A program made the translations under genes and the position numbers. This document shows, piece after piece, positions 58,200 to 64,000 of a stretch of DNA of 64,000 bases (position 1 is the stretch's first letter; each line of letters starts with the position of its first letter). A model generated the notes under the pieces. It did no database searches. It was not told the origin of the DNA and was given only the letters and a program-made list of their open reading frames with translations. Source of the DNA: the human T2T-CHM13v2.0 reference genome, Homo sapiens; NCBI RefSeq assembly GCF_009914755.1, contig NC_060933.1; one strand, written 5' to 3'.

Positions 58200-61100
58200 A
58201 TTCCATTCCGTTCCGTTCCATTCCATTCCCTTCCATTCTGTTCAGGTTAATTCCATTCCCTTCCATTCCCTTCCATTCCATTCCATTCCATTCCATTCCA
58301 TTCCATGCCATTCCACTCGGGTTGATTCCATTCCTTTCCATTCCATTCGAGTTGAACCCATTCCATTCCATTCCATTCCATTCCATTCCACTCGGGTTGA
58401 TTCCATTCCTTTCCATTCCATTCGGGTTGAAACCATTCCATTCCATTCCATTCCTTTCGATTCCATTCCATTTCACTCGGGTTGATCCCATTCCATTGCA
58501 TTCCATTCAATTCCATTGCATTCCATTCCGTTCCATTCCATTCCATTACATTCGTATTGATTCTATTCAATTGCCTTACTCTCCATTACATTCCATTCCA
58601 TTCGGGTTGTTTCCATTCCTTTCCATTCCATTCCACTCCATTCCATTGCAATCGGGTTGATTCCATTCCATTCCATTGCATTCCATTCCATTCCATTCCA
58701 TTCCGTATGATTCGATTCCATTGCATTCCATTCCATTCCATTCCCCTGCACTCGGGTGGATTCCATTCTATTCCATTCCATTCCATTCCATTCCATTCCA
58801 TTCCATTCCATTCTATTCGGGTTAATTTCATTCCATTCCATTCCATTCCCTTCCATTGCATTGCATTCCATTCCATTCCATTCCATTGAAATCGAGTTGA
58901 TTCCATTCCATTCCATTCCATTCCATTCCATTCCATTCCATTCCGGATGATTCCATTCCATTGCCTTTCATTCCATTCCATTATCATGCACTCGGGTTGT
59001 TTCCATTCCATTCCATTCCATTCCATTCCATTTCATTCCATTCGATTCTAATCCGTACCATTCAATTCCATTCCATTCCATGCCATTCCATTCCATTCCA
59101 GTCCATGCCATTCCACTCGGGTTGATTTCATTCCTTTGCATTCCATTCGAGTTGTATCCTTTCCATGCCATTCCATTCCATTCGATTCCATTCCATTGCA
59201 CACGGGTTCATTCCATTCCATTCCATTCCATTCCATTTCGTTCTTTTCCATTCTATTCCGTACCATTCCATTCCATTCCATTCCATTCCATGCCATTCCA
59301 CTCGGGTTTATTCCATTCCTTTCCATTCCATTCGGGTTCAATCCATTCCATTCCCTTCCATTCCATTCGATTCCATTCCATTGCACTCGGGTTGATTCCA
59401 TTCCATTCCATGCCATTCCATTTCATTCCATTCCATTCCATTCCATTCCATTCTATTCCGTTCCATTCCATTCAATTACATTCGTATTGATTCTTTTTAA
59501 TTCCCTTACACTCCATTACATTCCATTCAATTCGGGTACTTTCCATTCCATTCCATTCCATTCCACTGCATTCTATTGCACTCGGGTTGATTGATTCCAT
59601 TCCATTGCATTCCATTCCATTCCATTCCCCTGAACTCGGGTGGATTCCATTCCATTCCATTCCATTCCATTCCGTTCCATTCCATTCCATTCCATTCTGT
59701 TCAGGTTAATTCCATTCCATTCCATTCCCTTCCATTCCATTCCATTCTATTCCATTCCATTCCATTCCTTTCCCCTGCACTCAGTTTGATTCCATTCCAT
59801 TCCATTCCATTCCATTCCGTTCCATTCCATTCCAATCCATTGTATTCGCATTAATTCCATTCAATTCCATTCCATTACATTCCATTGCAATCGAGTTGAT
59901 TCCATTCCATTGCATTCCATTCCATTCAAGTCCTTTCCATTCCATTCCACTCGTGTTGATTCCATTTTATTAGTTTCCATTCCATTCCATTCCCTTCCAT
60001 TCCACTCTGGTTGATTCCATTCCTTTCCATTCTACTCGATTGCATTCCCTTCTATTCCACTCGGATTGATTCCATTCCATTCCGTTCCATTCCATTCCAT
60101 TTCGTTCCATTCCATTCTATTCCATTCCATTCCATTCCATTCCTTTCCATTCCATTCCGTTCCATTCCATTCCATTCCATTCCATTTCTTTCCATTCCAT
60201 TCTATTCCATACCATTCCATTCCATTACGTTCCATGCCATTCCACTCGGGTTGATTCCATTGCTTTCCATTCCATTTGGGTTGAATCCACTCCATTCCAT
60301 TCCATTCCATTCCATTCCATTCCATTCCATTCCATTCCATTGCATTCCGTTCCATTGCACTAGGTTTGATTCCATTCCACTGCATTCCATTCCATTCCAT
60401 TCCATTCCATTCCGTTCCATTCCATTCCATTACATTCGTATTGATTGTATTCCATTCCCTTACACTCCATTATATTCCATTCCATTCGGGTTGTTTCCAT
60501 TCCATTCCATTCCATTCCACTCCATTCCATTGCAGTCGGGTTGATTCCATTCCATTCCATTCCATTCCCTTCCATTCCATTTCGTTCCTTTCCATTCTAT
60601 TCCATACCATTCCATTCCATTCCATTCCATTCCATTCCATTCCATTCCATGGCATTCCACTCGGGTTGCTTCCTTTCCATTCCATTCCATTCGGGTTGAA
60701 ACCATTCCATTCCATTCCATTCCATTCCATTCCGGATGATTGCATTCCATTGCCTTCCATTCAATTGCATTCCCCTGCACCCGGGTTGATTCCATTCAAT
60801 TCCATTCCATTCCATTCCGTTCCATTCCATTCCATACCATTCCATTCCATTCCATTCCATTCTATTCGGGTTAACTCCATTCCATTCCATTCCATTCCAT
60901 TCAATTTCATTGCAATCGGGTTGATTCCATTCCGTTCCATTCCATTGCATTCTATTCCATTTCATTCCATTCCATTCCATTCCATTCCACTCGGGTTGAT
61001 TCCATTCCTTTCCATTCCATTCGGGGTGAAGCCTTTCCATTCCATTCCATTCCTTTCGATTCCATTCCATTGCACTCGGGTTGATCCCATTCCATTGCAT

Positions 61101-64000
61101 TCCATTCCATTCCATTCCATTCCATTCCATTCCATTCCATTCCGTTCCATTCAATTCCATTACATTCGGATTGTTTCTATTCAATTCCCTTACAATCCAT
61201 CACATTCCATTCCATTCGGGTTGTTTCCATTCCATTCCATTCCATTCCATTCAGTATGATTCCATTCCATTGCATTCTATTCCATTCCATTCCCCTGCAC
61301 TCGGGTGGATTCCATTCTATTGCATTCCATTCCATTCCATTCCATTCCATTCCATTCCATTGAAATCGAGTTGATTCCATTCCATTCCATTCCATTCAAT
61401 TCCATTCCATTCCTTTCTATTCGGGTTAATTCCATTCCATTCCATTCCATTCCATTCCATTCCATTCCATTCCATTGCAAAATAGTTGATTCCATTCCAT
61501 TCCATTCCACTCCATTCCATTCAATTCCATTTAACTCGGGTTGATTCCATTCCATTCCATGCCATTCCATTTCATTCCAATCCATTGCCTTCCATTCCAT
61601 TCCATTCCTCTGCACTCGGGTTGATTCCATTCCATTCCATTCCATTCCATTGCATTCCATTCCATTCAGGATGATTCCATTCCATTGCATTCCATTCCAT
61701 TCCATTCCCCTGCACTCGTGTTGATTCCATTCCTTTCCATTCCATTCCATTCCGTTCCATTCCATTCCATTACATTCGTACTGATTGTACTCAATTCCCT
61801 TACACTCCATTACATTCCATTCCATTCGGGCTGTTTCCATTCCATTACATTCCATTCCACTCCATTCCATTGCAGTCAGGTTGATTTCATTCCATTCCAT
61901 TCCATTCCATTCCATTCCATTCCATTCCATTCCATTCCATTTCGTTCCATTCCTTTCTATTCCGTAACATTCCATTCCATTCCATTCCATTGCATTCCAT
62001 GCCATTCCACTCGGGATGATTCCATTCCTTTCCATTCCATTCGGGTTGAATCCATTCCATTCCATTCCATTCCATTCCTTTCCGTATGATTCCATTCCAT
62101 TGCATTCCATTCCATTCCATTCCCCTGTACTCGGATGGATTCCATTCTATTCCATTCCATTCCATTCCATTCCATTCCATTCCATTCCATGCCATTCCAT
62201 TCCATTCTATTCGGGTTAATTTCATTCCATTCCATTCCATTCCCTTTCATTCCATTCCATTCCTTTCCATTCCATTCCATTGAAATCGAGTTGATTCCAT
62301 TCCATTCCATTCCATTCCATTCCATTCCATTCCAATCCATTCCATGCTATTCGGGTTAATTCCATTCCATTCCATTCCATTCCATTCCATTCCATTCCAT
62401 TCCATTCCATTCCATTCCATTCCATTCTATTAGGGTTAATTCCATTCCATTCCATTCCATTCCATTCCATTCCATTCCATTCCATTCCATTCCATTTCAA
62501 TCGAGTTCATTCCATTCCATTCCATTCCATTCCATTCCATTCCATTCAATTCCTGATGATTCCCTTCCATTGCCTTCCATTCCATTCCATTCCCCTGCAC
62601 TCGGGTTGATTCCATTCCATTCCGTTCCATTCCTTTCCATTCCATTCCATTCCATTCCATTTCGTTCCATTCCATTCTATTCCGTACGATTCCATTCCAT
62701 TCCATTCAATTCCATTCCATTCCATTCCATTCCATTCCATTCCATGCCATTCCACTCGGGTTGATTCCTTTCCTTTCCATTCCATTCGAGTTGAACCCAT
62801 TCCATTCCATTCCATTCGAGTTGAACCCATTCCATTCCATTCCATTCCATTCCATTCCATTCCATTCCATTTCTTTCCATTCCATTCTCTTCCGTAGTAT
62901 TCCATTCCATTCCATTCCACTCCATTCCTTGCCATTCCACTCGGGTTTATTCCATTCCTTTCCATTCCATTCGGGTTGAATTCATTCCATTACATTCCAT
63001 TCCATTCCATTCAATTCCATTACATTGCACTCGGGTTTATTCCATTCCATTCCATTCCATTTCAATCCATTCCCTTCCATTCCATTTCATTCCATTCCAT
63101 TCCATTCCATTCCATGCCATTCCACTCTGGTTGATTCCATTCCTTTCCATTCCATTCTAGTTGAACCCATTCCATTCCATTCCATTCCATTCCATTGCAC
63201 ACGGGTTCATTCCATTCCATTCCATTCCATTCCATTCCATTCCATTCCATTTCGTTCCATTCCATTCTATTCCTTACCATTCCATTCCATTCCATTGCCT
63301 TCCGTGCCATTTCACTCGGGTTTATTCCATTCCTTTCCATTCCATTCGGGTTGAATTCATTCCATTCCATTCCATTCCATTCGATTCCAATCCATTGAAC
63401 TCGGGTTGATTCCATTCCATTCCATGCCATTCCATTTCATTCCATTCCATTCCATTCCATTCCATTCCATTCCGTTCCATTCCATTCCATTAGATTCGGA
63501 TTGATTCTTTTTAATTCCCTTACGCTCCATTCCATTCCATTCCATTCAGGTACTTTCTATTCCATTCCATTCCATTCCCCTGCATTCTATTGCACTCTGG
63601 TTGATTGATTCCATTCCATTGCATTCCATTCCATTCCATTCCATTCCCCTGCCCTCGGGTTGATCCCATTGCATTGCATTCCATTCCATTCCATTCCATT
63701 CCATTCCATTCCATTCCATTCCGTTCCATTCCATTCCATTCCATTCTGTTCAGGTTAATTCCATTCCATTCCATTCCCTTCCATTCCGTTCCATTCCATT
63801 CCATTCCATTCTGTTCAGGTTAATTCCATTCCATTCCATTCCATTCCATTCCATTCCATTCCATTCCATCCCATTGCAATCTACTTGATTCCATTGCATT
63901 CCATTCCATTCCATTCCATTCCATTCTATTGCATTCCATTCCATTCCATTCCCCTGCACTCAGATTGATCCCATTCCATCCCATTCCATTCCATTCCGTT
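58200..64000 (+). repeat. Distal, more diverged HSat3 layer with its own motif vocabulary
   Basis: GTTGAACCC, GTTGATCCC, CTGTTCAGGTTAA, CGGGTTGAAACC, CGGGTGGATT and TTCGTATTGA are present. GGAAG motifs and the -1 forms CGGGTTGTTCC and ATTCTTTCC were not seen. Confidence 0.75.

Larger units (their letters stand above)
1..64000 (+). repeat. Satellite III (HSat3) tandem array, (CATTC)n / (GAATG)n, pericentromeric-type heterochromatic satellite
   Basis: CATTC pentamer is dominant from the first to the last base. It is interrupted throughout by A(C/T)TCGGGTTG (e.g. ACTCGGGTTG at 128-137), the classical satellite 3 interspersed decamer. It is not dominated by the CATTCGATTC units typical of HSat2. 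Orientation is the same throughout and there is no unique sequence. Confidence 0.97.

Noticed and set aside
1-64000. Hundreds of overlapping ORFs (IPFHS- and MEWNG-repeat proteins) in all six frames
   Set aside because: A CATTC/GAATG pentamer has no stop codon in any frame, so long ORFs are expected. There are no domains, no frame preference and no gene structure.
1-64000. HSat2, alpha satellite, telomeric repeat or DYZ1 assignment
   Set aside because: It is not CATTCGATTC-dominated, there is no 171-bp monomer or TTAGGG array, and there is no homogeneous ~3.6-kb period as in DYZ1. The exact HSat3 subfamily and chromosome cannot be assigned by eye.
1-64000. Hidden insertion (Alu, L1, viral, tRNA) or strand inversion
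   Set aside because: I found no stretch departing from pentamer-derived sequence for more than a few tens of bases, no poly(A), and no (GAATG)n run on the + strand.
1-64000. A novel encoded biological system or deliberate code in the ordering of variant motifs
   Set aside because: The motif order is explained by nested duplication, deletion and conversion of ancestral units. Nothing in the sequence requires another explanation.

Overview
The whole 64 kb window is one uninterrupted, single-orientation array of classical human/hominid satellite III DNA (HSat3). It consists of diverged (CATTC)n pentamers on the + strand, (GAATG)n on the - strand, interspersed with the diagnostic A(C/T)TCGGGTTG decamer and a small set of other recurring variant motifs. 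I see no genes, RNA genes, transposons, CRISPR arrays or unique sequence. Every ORF in the track is an artefact of a stop-free pentamer (IPFHS / MEWNG peptides). I found no evidence for a new protein-coding biological system. What can be read from the sequence is internal architecture: (i) an apparently identical duplication at an offset of 27,668 bp; (ii) local tandem duplications of about 2.6, 3.9, 4.0, 0.93 and 0.49 kb; (iii) dispersed sequence modules reused in shuffled order; (iv) a distinct, more diverged layer at about 46.5-48.5 kb and 58.2-64 kb; (v) pentamer-register shifts that are almost all -1 (mod 5); and (vi) about 37 perfect heat-shock-element matches and a recurrent 14-bp palindrome. 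Block boundaries are approximate and counts were made by eye. Chromosome, HSat3 subfamily and species cannot be assigned without a database comparison.
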